The position numbers and the translations under genes were made by a program. A stretch of 64,000 nt of DNA from a bacterium (GTDB lineage Bacteria > RBG-13-61-14 > DATKZS01), in assembly GCA_963674965.2 (NCBI GenBank), contig CAXXFL010000003.1, positions 352,001-416,000 on the forward strand. Reading direction: 5' to 3'. This document shows positions 38,569-48,175 of the stretch, piece by piece (positions within the stretch are counted from its first letter, which is position 1; every line of letters starts with the position of its first letter). The notes below the pieces were generated by a model. That model had not been told where the DNA came from and ran no database searches. It saw only the letters and a program-made list of their open reading frames with translations.

Positions 38569-39648
38569 TCACGTCCTTGCGGGATTGAGATTTCTCGCCG
38601 TTTCCATGGTCCGTGAAACCAGATCGGACAGTTCAAGCTCTCCCACTCCCGCCAGGGTGACGGCCACCTTGCCTTGCCACGGGTCGGTCCACTTCGCGGG
38701 AATGTCCCTGTCCGACAGGCCCCAGAGGCCGCCCACCGTGGCGCCGTTACAGTCGGTGTCCCATCCCATGGCCACCACCTCCCCGATGGCGGCGCCAAAG
38801 TCCTCGGGAAAGGAACAAACGCTCCAGACCGAGGCCGCCAGGTTGTTGAGGGTATGGGCGGGGCTCAGGTCCGCGTATTTTTCGATAAGCCTCTCGGCCG
38901 CGTCGTCCTTCCCCGCGAGGGAAAGACCGGTCCTGACCGCCTCCGCCGCGCCCGAGGATGAGGGTATCTCGGAGAGGGCGACCTTGGCCGCTTCCTCCAT
39001 CGAGTCCGTCGCCGGTATGGCCGCGGCCATGGCCGCCACGAAGGCCGCGCCGTGGACCCCGTCGCCCCGGTGGGAAAAGCAGGCGTCGCGCCGCGCCAGG
39101 TCCGCCGCCAGGTGAGGGTCGCCCGGACGGACCCACCCGTACATATCCGCCCTTATCTGCGCCCCGATCCACTCGTTAAAGGGGTTGTCCGAGCACCTTA
39201 TCACGTCGACTCCAGGAGGCATGGCGACGAAGACCTCGTCCCCCACCATGGAAAGCAGCGTCCGGTAGGCCTCCTTCTCCGCCGTGAAGACCTGGGCCGC
39301 GGGCAGCGTCTTGAGCCAGGTCCGGCCCACCTTGCCCGCGTCGAGATCCAGCCCGTGCTCCTCCAGCATCAGCAGGGCCAGCACCGTATAGTTAATATCG
39401 TCGTCCGGCTCGAAGCGCTCGATATGACCCTTGCACGTTTTCACGCCCAAAAGGTTGACCAAAGGATCGTCGCCCGCCGGAACGTAATCGCGAAGAGGCA
39501 GGGCCCCCACTTTCTCCAGATACTCGAGCAAGGCCCCCCGCCCCTTCAGCATGGATAAAAGCTCGACCGGCTTGCCCAAAAGACAGCCGCTCACCCGACC
39601 TTGCCAGGCCCCCAGAATCCGCCTCTCCTCGACCTCAAGCGCGACCAT
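38569..39648 (-). CDS. ADP-ribosylglycohydrolase family protein
   Basis: GCLLGKPVE, EPDDDINYT, EWIGAQIRAD, GWDTDCNGAT. Confidence 0.85.
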   Translation of the reverse strand: MVALEVEERRILGAWQGRVSGCLLGKPVELLSMLKGRGALLEYLEKVGALPLRDYVPAGDDPLVNLLGVKTCKGHIERFEPDDDINYTVLALLMLEEHGLDLDAGKVGRTWLKTLPAAQVFTAEKEAYRTLLSMVGDEVFVAMPPGVDVIRCSDNPFNEWIGAQIRADMYGWVRPGDPHLAADLARRDACFSHRGDGVHGAAFVAAMAAAIPATDSMEEAAKVALSEIPSSSGAAEAVRTGLSLAGKDDAAERLIEKYADLSPAHTLNNLAASVWSVCSFPEDFGAAIGEVVAMGWDTDCNGATVGGLWGLSDRDIPAKWTDPWQGKVAVTLAGVGELELSDLVSRTMETARNLNPART

Positions 39649-39987
39649 GCCCTCCTCCCTTCAGCGCCCGCGAAAAACGAGCGTCAAGCGCATTATACCA
39701 ACTCAGGCGCGCCTCTCATATATTAAGAACAAGAAATCCGGACGCGCCCGAAACCGCCCCTACTCAAGCATAGGCCAGGGGCAAGTTTATTTTTTGTCTA
39801 TCCTGCTTCTTGGCCTAATTCTATTTTCAGTCCCACCGGCCATTTACCGCCAGGACGGAATCGCCGATCATCGTATCTCTCTCGCTTGGGAGGATTTTCC
39901 TTGGGTCGCCGATTATTGTTATACTCCTCGTATGCAGAATAAATTAAAGAAGGTTTTCTATAATATTCTTTGCCCGGACGAACGGAT

Positions 39988-40923
39988 ATGAAAAGAGTAT
40001 TAGCCTTATGTCTCCTATCTCTTATTTCAATGTCCGCCTGCTCCGGGCCGAAAAAGAATTATGACGCTTATTATGACTTTCTTTCGGTGGAGGCCGAGGA
40101 GAAAAGGTTGGCCGCGCTGGGGGTCGTTTTCACCGAGGAGGGGGACGCCGCCGACGGGTATATGCCCTATTTGAACGGCCAGGCCCAAATAACGCAGATG
40201 AACTGGTTTGCCAATTATTATGGCGACGCGGAAAAACAGGCCGTCGCCGTTAACCTGGCAACCGAGGACCTTGATATTCTTGTGCAGGAAAGCCGGAAAA
40301 AGGAATGCAATATATGGGGAAAGAACTTCTTCCCCAATCAGTCCAAGACCCACTTTCAAGATTCCCCTGGGCCTTCATCAGAATTCCGCCGCCTTATTGC
40401 TTTTCTAATGACCAGAGGAGAGTACCTTTTTAACAATGGAGAATATGAAAAGGGAAAAGAGCAATTTTTCGCCGTCTATAGAATTTTGCATCACTTTGAA
40501 AAGGAGCCCTCTTACTACTATTTTCAATATGGATTTGAGACGAAAATATTCTATTCTGAACGATTTATCCGTCTTCTGGAGCAGTTCGGATTAATAAGAG
40601 AAGCCGAGCTATGGAAAAAATACTTGAAGACCTCTTATAGAAGAGTTCCCTTTTTCAATGAAATCTTTCAGGAATCCGCCTCTTTTGACGAGGATGAATT
40701 GTTTCTATTAGTGGAAAATGAAGATTTTCCAAAAGCGATCAAGCTCCAAATTCTAACCTATCGATATTACGGTCTGTATTCTAAAGCCGACTATTACCGG
40801 TGCTCCGCCATCGGTCCACCAGGTTACGTGAAGGAGGCCATGGAGGCTTTCGCCAAACAAAGCGAGTTGAACGAAATGTTCATTCAACAACTTAAGGCCC
40901 ATGAAGTGGAACACCCCTGGTGA
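39988..40923 (+). CDS. Hypothetical lipoprotein (helical, lower GC)
   Basis: Start ATG 39988, lipobox MSAC; no recognised motif. Confidence 0.7.
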   Translation: MKRVLALCLLSLISMSACSGPKKNYDAYYDFLSVEAEEKRLAALGVVFTEEGDAADGYMPYLNGQAQITQMNWFANYYGDAEKQAVAVNLATEDLDILVQESRKKECNIWGKNFFPNQSKTHFQDSPGPSSEFRRLIAFLMTRGEYLFNNGEYEKGKEQFFAVYRILHHFEKEPSYYYFQYGFETKIFYSERFIRLLEQFGLIREAELWKKYLKTSYRRVPFFNEIFQESASFDEDELFLLVENEDFPKAIKLQILTYRYYGLYSKADYYRCSAIGPPGYVKEAMEAFAKQSELNEMFIQQLKAHEVEHPW

Positions 40924-41269
40924 TTTTTCTCCATGACCGTCGCCAACCGGCCGCGAGCCGTCTATAATCTTTATGCGCGGCTATTCCGACTTCAGCGCCG
41001 GCGTTTTAAGGAGGCTTAAATGACGAAAGGCGGTTTCGACGGTTTTCCCAGGGAGACGGTGAGCTTTTTATCCGAGCTGGCGAAAAACAACGACAAGGCC
41101 TGGTTCGAGGAGAGGAAAGGCGACTACGAGCAGGAGGTGCTCGAGCCGGCGCGGGCCTTCGTGGCGGCCATGGGCGAGCGTCTTAAGAAAATCTCGCAAG
41201 GGGTGGTGGCCGACCCCAGGCGGGACAAGTCCATATTCCGAATTTACCGCGACGTCCGGTTCGGCAAGG
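40707..41269 (+). repeat. Source copy of the 563-bp inverted duplication
   Basis: Matches the reverse complement of 18430..18992; both overlapped genes are intact here. Confidence 0.95.
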
Positions 41270-41721
41270 ACAAGCGTCCCTACAAGACCCACCTGGGCAT
41301 ATTCTTCTGGGAGGGCAAGGCCAAGAAGATGGAGTGCCCGGGCTTTTACTTCCACCTCGAGCCCCCGAATTTGACGCTGGGCGCGGGCCTTTACATGTTC
41401 TCGCCCGCCCAGCTCTCGGCCTATCGCGAGTCCGCCGTGCATCCACGCCGCGGGCGGGAACTGGCCAAAGCCGCGGCGGCCGTCCGCAAAAGCGGTCCCT
41501 ATGAAATAGGCGTCCAGCGCTATAAAAGGGTCCCCCGCGGCTACGACAAGGACCACGAGAACGCCGAGTTTCTGACCTTCGGCGGCCTCACGGCCATGGT
41601 GGAGGCGCCCATCCCCAAGGAGCTTTACTCGGAAGCCGTTCTGGACTATTGTTTTGCCAGATGGAAACACATGGCCCCCATCCATAAATGGCTTTTGGCC
41701 ATGAACGAAAGAGTGAAGTGA
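41020..41721 (+). CDS. DUF2461 family protein
   Basis: FLSELAKNNDKAWF, FRIYRDVRFGKDKRPYK, KRVPRGY. Confidence 0.85.
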   Translation: MTKGGFDGFPRETVSFLSELAKNNDKAWFEERKGDYEQEVLEPARAFVAAMGERLKKISQGVVADPRRDKSIFRIYRDVRFGKDKRPYKTHLGIFFWEGKAKKMECPGFYFHLEPPNLTLGAGLYMFSPAQLSAYRESAVHPRRGRELAKAAAAVRKSGPYEIGVQRYKRVPRGYDKDHENAEFLTFGGLTAMVEAPIPKELYSEAVLDYCFARWKHMAPIHKWLLAMNERVK

Positions 41722-41759
41722 GGCGGGCCTGAATCATCCCGCTCTACTGGAGGAAAAAA

Positions 41760-42092
41760 ATGGCGGTAAGCTGCCCCAAGGAATTCATGGAGGAGGTCCT
41801 TCCCTCGAAGCTCTCGGACCCGGATAAGCTCAAGGGTATCGAGGTGACCGTGCAGTTTTACATCACCGGCGACGACGGAGGCAACTGGATACTCGAGATC
41901 AAGGACCAGAAGGCCGAGGTCCGGACCGGCGAGATCGACAAGCCGAGCATCACCATCAAGATGAAGGACAAGAATTACGTCAAGCTGGTGAACGGGGAAC
42001 TCTCGGGCCAGAAGGCCTTCATGACCGGCAAGCTCAAGTTCAAGGGCGATATGTCCAGCGGCCTCAAGCTCCAGAAGCTGGGCATCATCTAA
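41760..42092 (+). CDS. SCP2 sterol/lipid-binding domain protein
   Basis: AFMTGKLKFKGD motif. Confidence 0.85.
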   Translation: MAVSCPKEFMEEVLPSKLSDPDKLKGIEVTVQFYITGDDGGNWILEIKDQKAEVRTGEIDKPSITIKMKDKNYVKLVNGELSGQKAFMTGKLKFKGDMSSGLKLQKLGII

Positions 42093-42106
42093 GGGACAAC
42101 CCCGGA

Positions 42107-43117
42107 TTAATCGTCCCTATTGGCCGGGCCGGGCGCGAACTTCTTTTCCCGCCTCATCCTCATCCTCTCGATAAGCACGGGCAGGAACTCATGGAGGTCA
42201 TGGACCACCCCCACCCGCGCCAGGTCCCAGATGAGGGCCCGCTCGTCCGAGTTTATCGCCGCCACCATCTCCGAGCCGCTCATGCCCGCGGCGTGCTGGA
42301 TGGCCCCGGATATGCCCAGGGCAAGGTATAGTTTGGGCCGGACCGTCTGCCCCGTCTGACCCACCTGGCGCTCGATGGGCAGCCAGCCGGCGTCCACCAC
42401 CGGCCTCGAGGCGCCCACGGCGGCCTTGTCGAAAAGGGAAGCCAGCTCGTGGACCAGGGCCAGGTTTTCCTCGGCCCCTATCCCCCGGCCCGCCGCCACT
42501 ATCACCTCCGCCCTGGTCAGGTCGATCGAGCGGGAAGGGGCGGGAGTCAAGCCCAGGTTCTCGATTCCGCCGGCGTCAACCTTGATCCGCCTGACCTCGG
42601 TCGAGCCCGGCGCCTTAGCGCTAAGCGCTGGAGAGGCCCCGGGAAGGACCGTCACCACCGCGGTTAATCCCTCTTGAGGCGTTATCTCCTCGGCCAGCTT
42701 GCCGCCCAGGATCGACCTGATAAAGCCGGGAGGGTAGCCATCGGTCATGCCGCTGACGCCGGTCACGCAGACGCCTCCCAGCCTTACGGCCAGCCGGGCC
42801 GCGTAATCCCAGCCAGTGGCCGAGTGGGGGATGATTATGTGGGAAGGACCAAGCTCGGCGGCGAGGGCCGCCAGGGCGTCCACCCAACCGAGGCAGTTGT
42901 AGGAGGCGAGGAGTTCATGGTCCAGGCCGATAACGTCAAGGCCCGTCTCGGCCGCCAGCTTCCGGGCCGTCTCCCCGGCGGGATGGCCCAGCGCCGCGAC
43001 GACCGCTTTCCCACCGGAGGCGCCAAGCACTTTGGCGGCAAAGCCCGCGGCCTCGAGGGTTGACGGACATATCCCGCGCCCCTGGGTTTCGGCCACCACC
43101 ATCACGGTCCTTGCCAA
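42107..43117 (-). CDS. etfA: Electron transfer flavoprotein alpha subunit
   Basis: AGRG, GASRPVVDAGW, QVGQTG, GISGAIQH. Confidence 0.9.
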   Translation of the reverse strand: MARTVMVVAETQGRGICPSTLEAAGFAAKVLGASGGKAVVAALGHPAGETARKLAAETGLDVIGLDHELLASYNCLGWVDALAALAAELGPSHIIIPHSATGWDYAARLAVRLGGVCVTGVSGMTDGYPPGFIRSILGGKLAEEITPQEGLTAVVTVLPGASPALSAKAPGSTEVRRIKVDAGGIENLGLTPAPSRSIDLTRAEVIVAAGRGIGAEENLALVHELASLFDKAAVGASRPVVDAGWLPIERQVGQTGQTVRPKLYLALGISGAIQHAAGMSGSEMVAAINSDERALIWDLARVGVVHDLHEFLPVLIERMRMRREKKFAPGPANRDD

Positions 43118-43138
43118 GTCATCCTCCTCGCGGCCCCG

Positions 43139-43921
43139 CTACAAGGAGGGGACCACCTCCCTCATCCGCTCGATCAAGGCGTCGGCTATCTCCTCGAGGC
43201 CCCCCTCCAGGAACTCGCATTTTCCCTCCCGTCTCGGCTCGAGGACCTTGATCTCGGCGCCTGGCGGTCTTTTCGCGCCAAGAGACCCGGCCGGGACGCG
43301 GGGAATCTCCATCCGCTTCACGCGAAGAACGTTCGAGAGACTGGGGTAGCGGGGAGAGTTAATGCCCGACTGGACCGCGAACAAAGCCGGCGCCCGGACC
43401 TGGAAGCGCTCTCGAACGCCGCCCTCCAGCTCGCGCTCGCATCGGAAGAACTTGCCGCCCTCCATGGCCGAGAGGGACACCGCCGTGGTGACCGAGGGTA
43501 TGCCCAAAGTCTCGGCCAGGGCCGGGCCGGTCTGAGACCTTTGCATGTCCTCGCTCATGACGCCGCAGAGGATAAGGTCGAAGTCCTTATCCCCGGCCCA
43601 CGCCCCTATCAGGGAGGCGATGGAAAGGGCGTCCGGGGCGGGATCGTCCGAGTCGTCGATAATGACCCCGTAGTCTCCCCCCATGCCCAGGACCCGGCGG
43701 AGTTGGGCCTCGACCCGGGGCGGACCCACCGAGACAACCGTAATTGCCGCCTCGCCCAGGTCCTCCCGAACCCGGAGCGCCTGCTCCATGGCGTAAAGGT
43801 CGTACTCGTTTGGACGGAAAGATAGTCCGGCCTCATCGTAGCGCGCCGCGTCGTCCGCCGGTTTGAACCTCGAGTCCATCTCGGGCACGGCCTTTGTAAG
43901 TACCAGAATTTTCATAGTCAT
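43139..43921 (-). CDS. etfB: Electron transfer flavoprotein beta subunit
   Basis: MKILVLTKAVP, NEYDLYAME, DLILCG, INSPRYPS. Confidence 0.9.
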   Translation of the reverse strand: MTMKILVLTKAVPEMDSRFKPADDAARYDEAGLSFRPNEYDLYAMEQALRVREDLGEAAITVVSVGPPRVEAQLRRVLGMGGDYGVIIDDSDDPAPDALSIASLIGAWAGDKDFDLILCGVMSEDMQRSQTGPALAETLGIPSVTTAVSLSAMEGGKFFRCERELEGGVRERFQVRAPALFAVQSGINSPRYPSLSNVLRVKRMEIPRVPAGSLGAKRPPGAEIKVLEPRREGKCEFLEGGLEEIADALIERMREVVPSL

Positions 43922-43930
43922 TTGAGAAGC

Positions 43931-43959
43931 ATTATATCCCGGGTCGCTCCCTCCGTCAA
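43931..43959 (-). promoter_or_regulatory. Sigma70 promoter of etfBA
   Basis: TTGACG-17 nt-TATAAT on the minus strand. Confidence 0.75.
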
Positions 43960-43986
43960 TAATCGAGCGAGCGCTCGCTCGATTAT
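43959..43986. promoter_or_regulatory. 28-bp perfect palindrome, candidate TetR operator
   Basis: ATAATCGAGCGAGCGCTCGCTCGATTAT, between two outward-facing -35 boxes (TTGACG on -, TTGACA at 43989 on +). Confidence 0.7.
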
Positions 43987-44059
43987 ACTTGACAAACCTC
44001 CCAAAAAAGGTTTAATAAAATAATCCGAGTTCCTCCGGCAACCACGAAAAGGAGTTACA

Positions 44060-44785
44060 TTGAGCAGATTGATCCTGGTCAGGCACGGTCAGGCGTCCTT
44101 TGGCAAGGCCAACTACGACAAGCTCTCCGAGCTGGGCGAGACCCAGTGCCGGCTGTTGGGTGAGTACTGGACCGCGCAAGGCCTGAAGCTCGACGCCGTG
44201 TACGTGGGGACCCTCGAGCGTCAGCGCCGCAGCCTCGAGATGGCGTCCCTCGCCTATGCCATGATGGGCGTGGACTTTCCCGAGCCGATAGTGGACGAAA
44301 ACTGGAACGAGTACGACGCCTCGGCCATGCTCACGGGCTCGATACCCACCGTTATCAAGTCTCATCCGGACATAGCCGAGTTGGCCGCCCGGCTGGCGCC
44401 CGAGGGCAAGCCGGACCTGGCCGCCAACCGCAAGGTCTTCAACCGTCTCCTGGCCCGGGTCATGTCCCTTTGGGTGGAGGGGGCCCTGGACGGCTTCGTG
44501 GGCGAGACTTGGGCCCAGTTCCGGGACCGGGTGGGCGCGGCCATCGGCCGGGTCATGGACGAGTGGCGGGGAGGCAAGACCGCGGCGGTCTTCACCTCGG
44601 GCGGCCCCGTCTCGGCGGCGCTGCAAAAGGCGCTTAACTCCCCGGACATGGAGTCCATGGAAATAGGCTGGTCCATCTACAACGCTTCCCTTTCCGAGTT
44701 CAGGTACAATGAGGACAAGTTCTCGCTCGTGAGTTTCAACGCCGCGCCCCACCTGAATCGGAAGGAACTTATAACCCTAAGATAA
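44060..44785 (+). CDS. Histidine phosphatase family protein
   Basis: LVRHGQASFG, YDKLS, FTSGG, FNAAPHL. Confidence 0.85.
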   Translation: MSRLILVRHGQASFGKANYDKLSELGETQCRLLGEYWTAQGLKLDAVYVGTLERQRRSLEMASLAYAMMGVDFPEPIVDENWNEYDASAMLTGSIPTVIKSHPDIAELAARLAPEGKPDLAANRKVFNRLLARVMSLWVEGALDGFVGETWAQFRDRVGAAIGRVMDEWRGGKTAAVFTSGGPVSAALQKALNSPDMESMEIGWSIYNASLSEFRYNEDKFSLVSFNAAPHLNRKELITLR

Positions 44786-44806
44786 CGAGCAAAGGAAAGG
44801 ATCGTC

Positions 44807-46174
44807 ATGTGGGATGAACTGATAAAGGAATCGAAGGAGGCCTTTAACGCCCGCGAGTTCGAGCGGGCCGAGGCCCCGGCGCGAAAGGCGCTCGATATGG
44901 CCCTGGCCGAGCGCGGCAGGGAAAGCGACGACTACTCCGCCTCGGCCAACCAGCTCGGGTCGGTGCTTTTCCAGCTCGGCCGGGCGGACGAGGCGCTCGA
45001 GCTTTTCCGGGAGGCCCTGGCCATCGACGAGAAGCTGCATGGGGAGAGGTCCCAGGAGGCGGCGCTGACCCTGGACAACATGGCGGCCTGCTACTCGGCC
45101 AAGGGCGATCACGAGTCGGCCCTGCCCCTTTGCGAGCGGGCGGCGGACATACTCGAGGACGCGCTTGGTCTCTCGAGTGAGGACGTGGCCATCGTCCACG
45201 ACAACCTGGGCTCGGTCTACATCTCGCTGGGCAGGCTGGACGACGCCATAGCGGCCAAGCGCAAGGCGCTTCGGGTCTTCGAGAACGCCCTCCCCTTCGA
45301 CCATCCCAAGGTGGTGAACTCGGTGCCTCCCATGATACAGCTCCTTTTGATGAAGGGCGACGTGGAACAGGCCATACCCTTCATGGAGAGGTCCCTGGAC
45401 CAGAAGGTCCACGCCCTGGGCCTGGACCACCCCGACGCGGTCATGGAACTGACCCGCCTGGCCGACGCCTACTCCCAGACGGACAGGCTGGACCTGGCCG
45501 AGGCCATATTGGAGAAGGCCGTTATGGAGTGGACCAAGGAACTGGGCGACGACCACGCCGTGGTCGGGGAGGGACTTAACAACCTGGCCCTCGTCTATCT
45601 CCAGCGCGACAAGACGGCGGAGGCCAAGGCGACCCTCGAGAAGGCCCTGGACGCGGCCCGTGACTATCACGGGGCCGAGAGCGTGAACGTGGCCTCGGTC
45701 CTCGTCAACCTGGCCGACGTCCACGAAAGGACGGGAAACCACGACAAGGCCGAGCCCCTCTTGAACCGGGCCCTGGAAATCAGGGAGAAAGTCAGGGGCG
45801 CCGACCACCTTTCCGTGGCCGAGGCGCTCATGCCCCTGGGCAGGGTCCGCATGGGCCTGGGCCGTCCCGCCGAGGCGGCCGAGTCCTTCCAGCGGTCGCT
45901 CGAGATCGGCAAGGCCCAGCTTGGAGAGCGACATCCCCACCTCGGCGCCGTGCTCAACAACCTGGGCAGGGCGCTGGCCATGGCCGGAGATATCGAGGAG
46001 GCGAGAGTGAGCGTCGAGTCGGCCCTGGATATCGCCGAGTCGACGCTGGGGCCGGACCACCCGGCCGTGGCCGTCGTGCTTGACAACCTGGCGGATATCC
46101 AGGAGAAGGGGGGCGACCCCGACAAGGCCGCCCAGTCCAGAAAACGGGCCGAGGGAATCCGCTCGCGCGGGTAA
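44807..46174 (+). CDS. Tetratricopeptide repeat protein (42-aa kinesin-light-chain-type repeats)
   Basis: Repeated GxDHPxxAxxLxNLA units. Confidence 0.85.
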   Translation: MWDELIKESKEAFNAREFERAEAPARKALDMALAERGRESDDYSASANQLGSVLFQLGRADEALELFREALAIDEKLHGERSQEAALTLDNMAACYSAKGDHESALPLCERAADILEDALGLSSEDVAIVHDNLGSVYISLGRLDDAIAAKRKALRVFENALPFDHPKVVNSVPPMIQLLLMKGDVEQAIPFMERSLDQKVHALGLDHPDAVMELTRLADAYSQTDRLDLAEAILEKAVMEWTKELGDDHAVVGEGLNNLALVYLQRDKTAEAKATLEKALDAARDYHGAESVNVASVLVNLADVHERTGNHDKAEPLLNRALEIREKVRGADHLSVAEALMPLGRVRMGLGRPAEAAESFQRSLEIGKAQLGERHPHLGAVLNNLGRALAMAGDIEEARVSVESALDIAESTLGPDHPAVAVVLDNLADIQEKGGDPDKAAQSRKRAEGIRSRG

Positions 46175-46242
46175 AGACGTTTTTTCAAAAGAAGCCGGAG
46201 CGGCGCGGAAAAACGCCGGGACCGGAAAGGAGGATAAGAAAA

Positions 46243-47439
46243 ATGGAGTTCAGTATCGATTCCGACGTTCAGGCGATCCTGGAGATGATCCGGGAGTTCA
46301 TGGAAAAGGAGGTCTACCCCCTCGAGCCCCAGTTCATGGGCAAGAGCTGGTGGGAGATCGAGCCCCGGCTGGCCGAGGTCCGGCGAAAGGTCAAGCAGAT
46401 GGAACTGTGGGCGCCCCAGCTTCCCAAGGACCTTGGCGGCGTGGGCATAGGCTTCATGGGCTACGCGCTGTGCTGCGAGGAAATCGGGCGCTCGCCCGTG
46501 GGCCCCTACGTCTTTGGCAGCCAGGCCCCCGACGCGGGCAACATCGAGATACTGGCCAAGTACGCCACCGACGAGCAGCGGGAGGAGTATCTGAAGCCGC
46601 TGGTTAACGGCGACATCCGCTCGTGCTTTTCCATGACCGAGCCCGAGTTCGCCGGCTCGAACCCCACCGAGATGGGCACGACGGCGGTGAAGGACGGAGA
46701 CGACTACGTGATCAACGGCCATAAGTGGTTCACCAGCTCGGCGGACGGGGCCAGGTTCGCCGTGGTCATGGCCATCACCAATCCCGACGAGGAGTCGGCC
46801 TACCGCCGCGCCAGCATGATCATCGTGCCCACCGACGCGCCCGGCTTCGAGCTGGTCCGGAACGTGCCGGTGCTGGGCCACGCGGGCGACGGCTACGCCT
46901 CCCACGGCGAGATCATGTACCGGAACGTTAGGGTCCCCCGGACCAATCTCCTGGGACCGGAGGGCCTGGGCTTCGTCATCGCCCAGGAGCGCCTCGGCCC
47001 CGGCCGCATACACCACTGCATGAGGTACATCGGGATAGCCCAGCGCTGCTTCGAGCTTATGTGCTCCTACGCGGCCAAGCGGATAGTGGGCGGCGGCAAG
47101 ACCCTGGCCACCAAGCAGATCATTCAGGCATGGATCGCCGAGAGCAGGGCCGAGATACACGCCGCCCGCCTCATGGTGCTGCACGCGGCCTGGAAAATCG
47201 ACGCGCAAGGGGCCTACGAGGCCCGCGAGGAAATTTCCCTCATCAAGTTCTACACGGCCAACGTCATGCTCAAGGTGATCGACCTGGCCATCCAGGTTCA
47301 CGGCGGCCTGGGCGTGTCGGACGACACCATCCTGTCCTTCTTCCACCGCAGCGAACGGGGGGCCAGGATTTACGACGGCGCCGACGAGGTCCACAAGGTG
47401 GTGGTGGCCAGGCGCATCTTGAGGAAGTACCAGGGCTGA
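46243..47439 (+). CDS. Acyl-CoA dehydrogenase (ACAD10/11-like)
   Basis: QAPDAGNIE, SCFSMTEP, INGHKWF, AQERLGPGRIHHCMR, RIYDGADEVH. Confidence 0.9.
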   Translation: MEFSIDSDVQAILEMIREFMEKEVYPLEPQFMGKSWWEIEPRLAEVRRKVKQMELWAPQLPKDLGGVGIGFMGYALCCEEIGRSPVGPYVFGSQAPDAGNIEILAKYATDEQREEYLKPLVNGDIRSCFSMTEPEFAGSNPTEMGTTAVKDGDDYVINGHKWFTSSADGARFAVVMAITNPDEESAYRRASMIIVPTDAPGFELVRNVPVLGHAGDGYASHGEIMYRNVRVPRTNLLGPEGLGFVIAQERLGPGRIHHCMRYIGIAQRCFELMCSYAAKRIVGGGKTLATKQIIQAWIAESRAEIHAARLMVLHAAWKIDAQGAYEAREEISLIKFYTANVMLKVIDLAIQVHGGLGVSDDTILSFFHRSERGARIYDGADEVHKVVVARRILRKYQG

Positions 47440-47442
47440 TCG

Positions 47443-48153
47443 GTGCCGGCTAAACCCAAAGACGGCTACGCGGCCTTCACGCGGGGTCTCGGGCCTTTAT
47501 TGGACCGCTTGTTCGCGGAGATCATCCGGGACAACCGGGAAAAGATCAAGGTGAAGAACGAAAAGGTGGCCGCCGCCAACGTGCGAAGGATTTTCGACGC
47601 GGCCCTCCAGCTCTCGCGTAAAAAGGGTTTCCACGCCATGAGCCTTCGGGACCTGTCCGAGTCCTCGGGCCTTTCCATGGGCGCTCTGTATTCCTACTTC
47701 GAGAGCAAGGAGGAACTGCGGGGCATCGTGCTTCATTACTGCCCCCAGGTGGCCGCCCGCGTGGTAAGGGCGGAGACGGACGGGCTCGAGTCGGCCCCGG
47801 ACAGGCTGGCCGCGGCCGTCCGCGCTCACCTTTATCTTTCCGAGGCCCTTCGCGACTGGTTCTACTTCTGCTACATGGAGGCCAAGAACCTGTCCGGCGA
47901 GGAGAAAAATGACGCCATGGCGGGCGAGGGCCTTACCGAGTCCATATACCTCGAGGTCATCGAGGCGGGAGTGGACTCGGGCCAGTTCGAGGTGGACGAC
48001 CCGAGGCTGGCCGCGGCCGCCGTCAAGTCCCTGCTCCAGGACTGGTACCTGAAGCGGTGGAAATACAAACGAGCGAAGGTGAGCGTGGATGACTACGCCG
48101 AGTTCGTGATAAACTTTATCGGCCGGGCCGTGACCGCGGCCCCCGGCTCATGA
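47443..48153 (+). CDS. TetR family transcriptional regulator
   Basis: IFDAALQLSRKKGFHAMSLRDLSESSGLSMGALYSYFESKEEL. Confidence 0.9.
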   Translation: MPAKPKDGYAAFTRGLGPLLDRLFAEIIRDNREKIKVKNEKVAAANVRRIFDAALQLSRKKGFHAMSLRDLSESSGLSMGALYSYFESKEELRGIVLHYCPQVAARVVRAETDGLESAPDRLAAAVRAHLYLSEALRDWFYFCYMEAKNLSGEEKNDAMAGEGLTESIYLEVIEAGVDSGQFEVDDPRLAAAAVKSLLQDWYLKRWKYKRAKVSVDDYAEFVINFIGRAVTAAPGS

Positions 48154-48175
48154 GTCTTGAGAGGGAGATGGATCG

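Noticed and set aside
18430-41269. Diversity-generating retroelement template/variable repeat pair
   Set aside because: No adenine-specific mismatches noticed between the copies and no reverse transcriptase in the window
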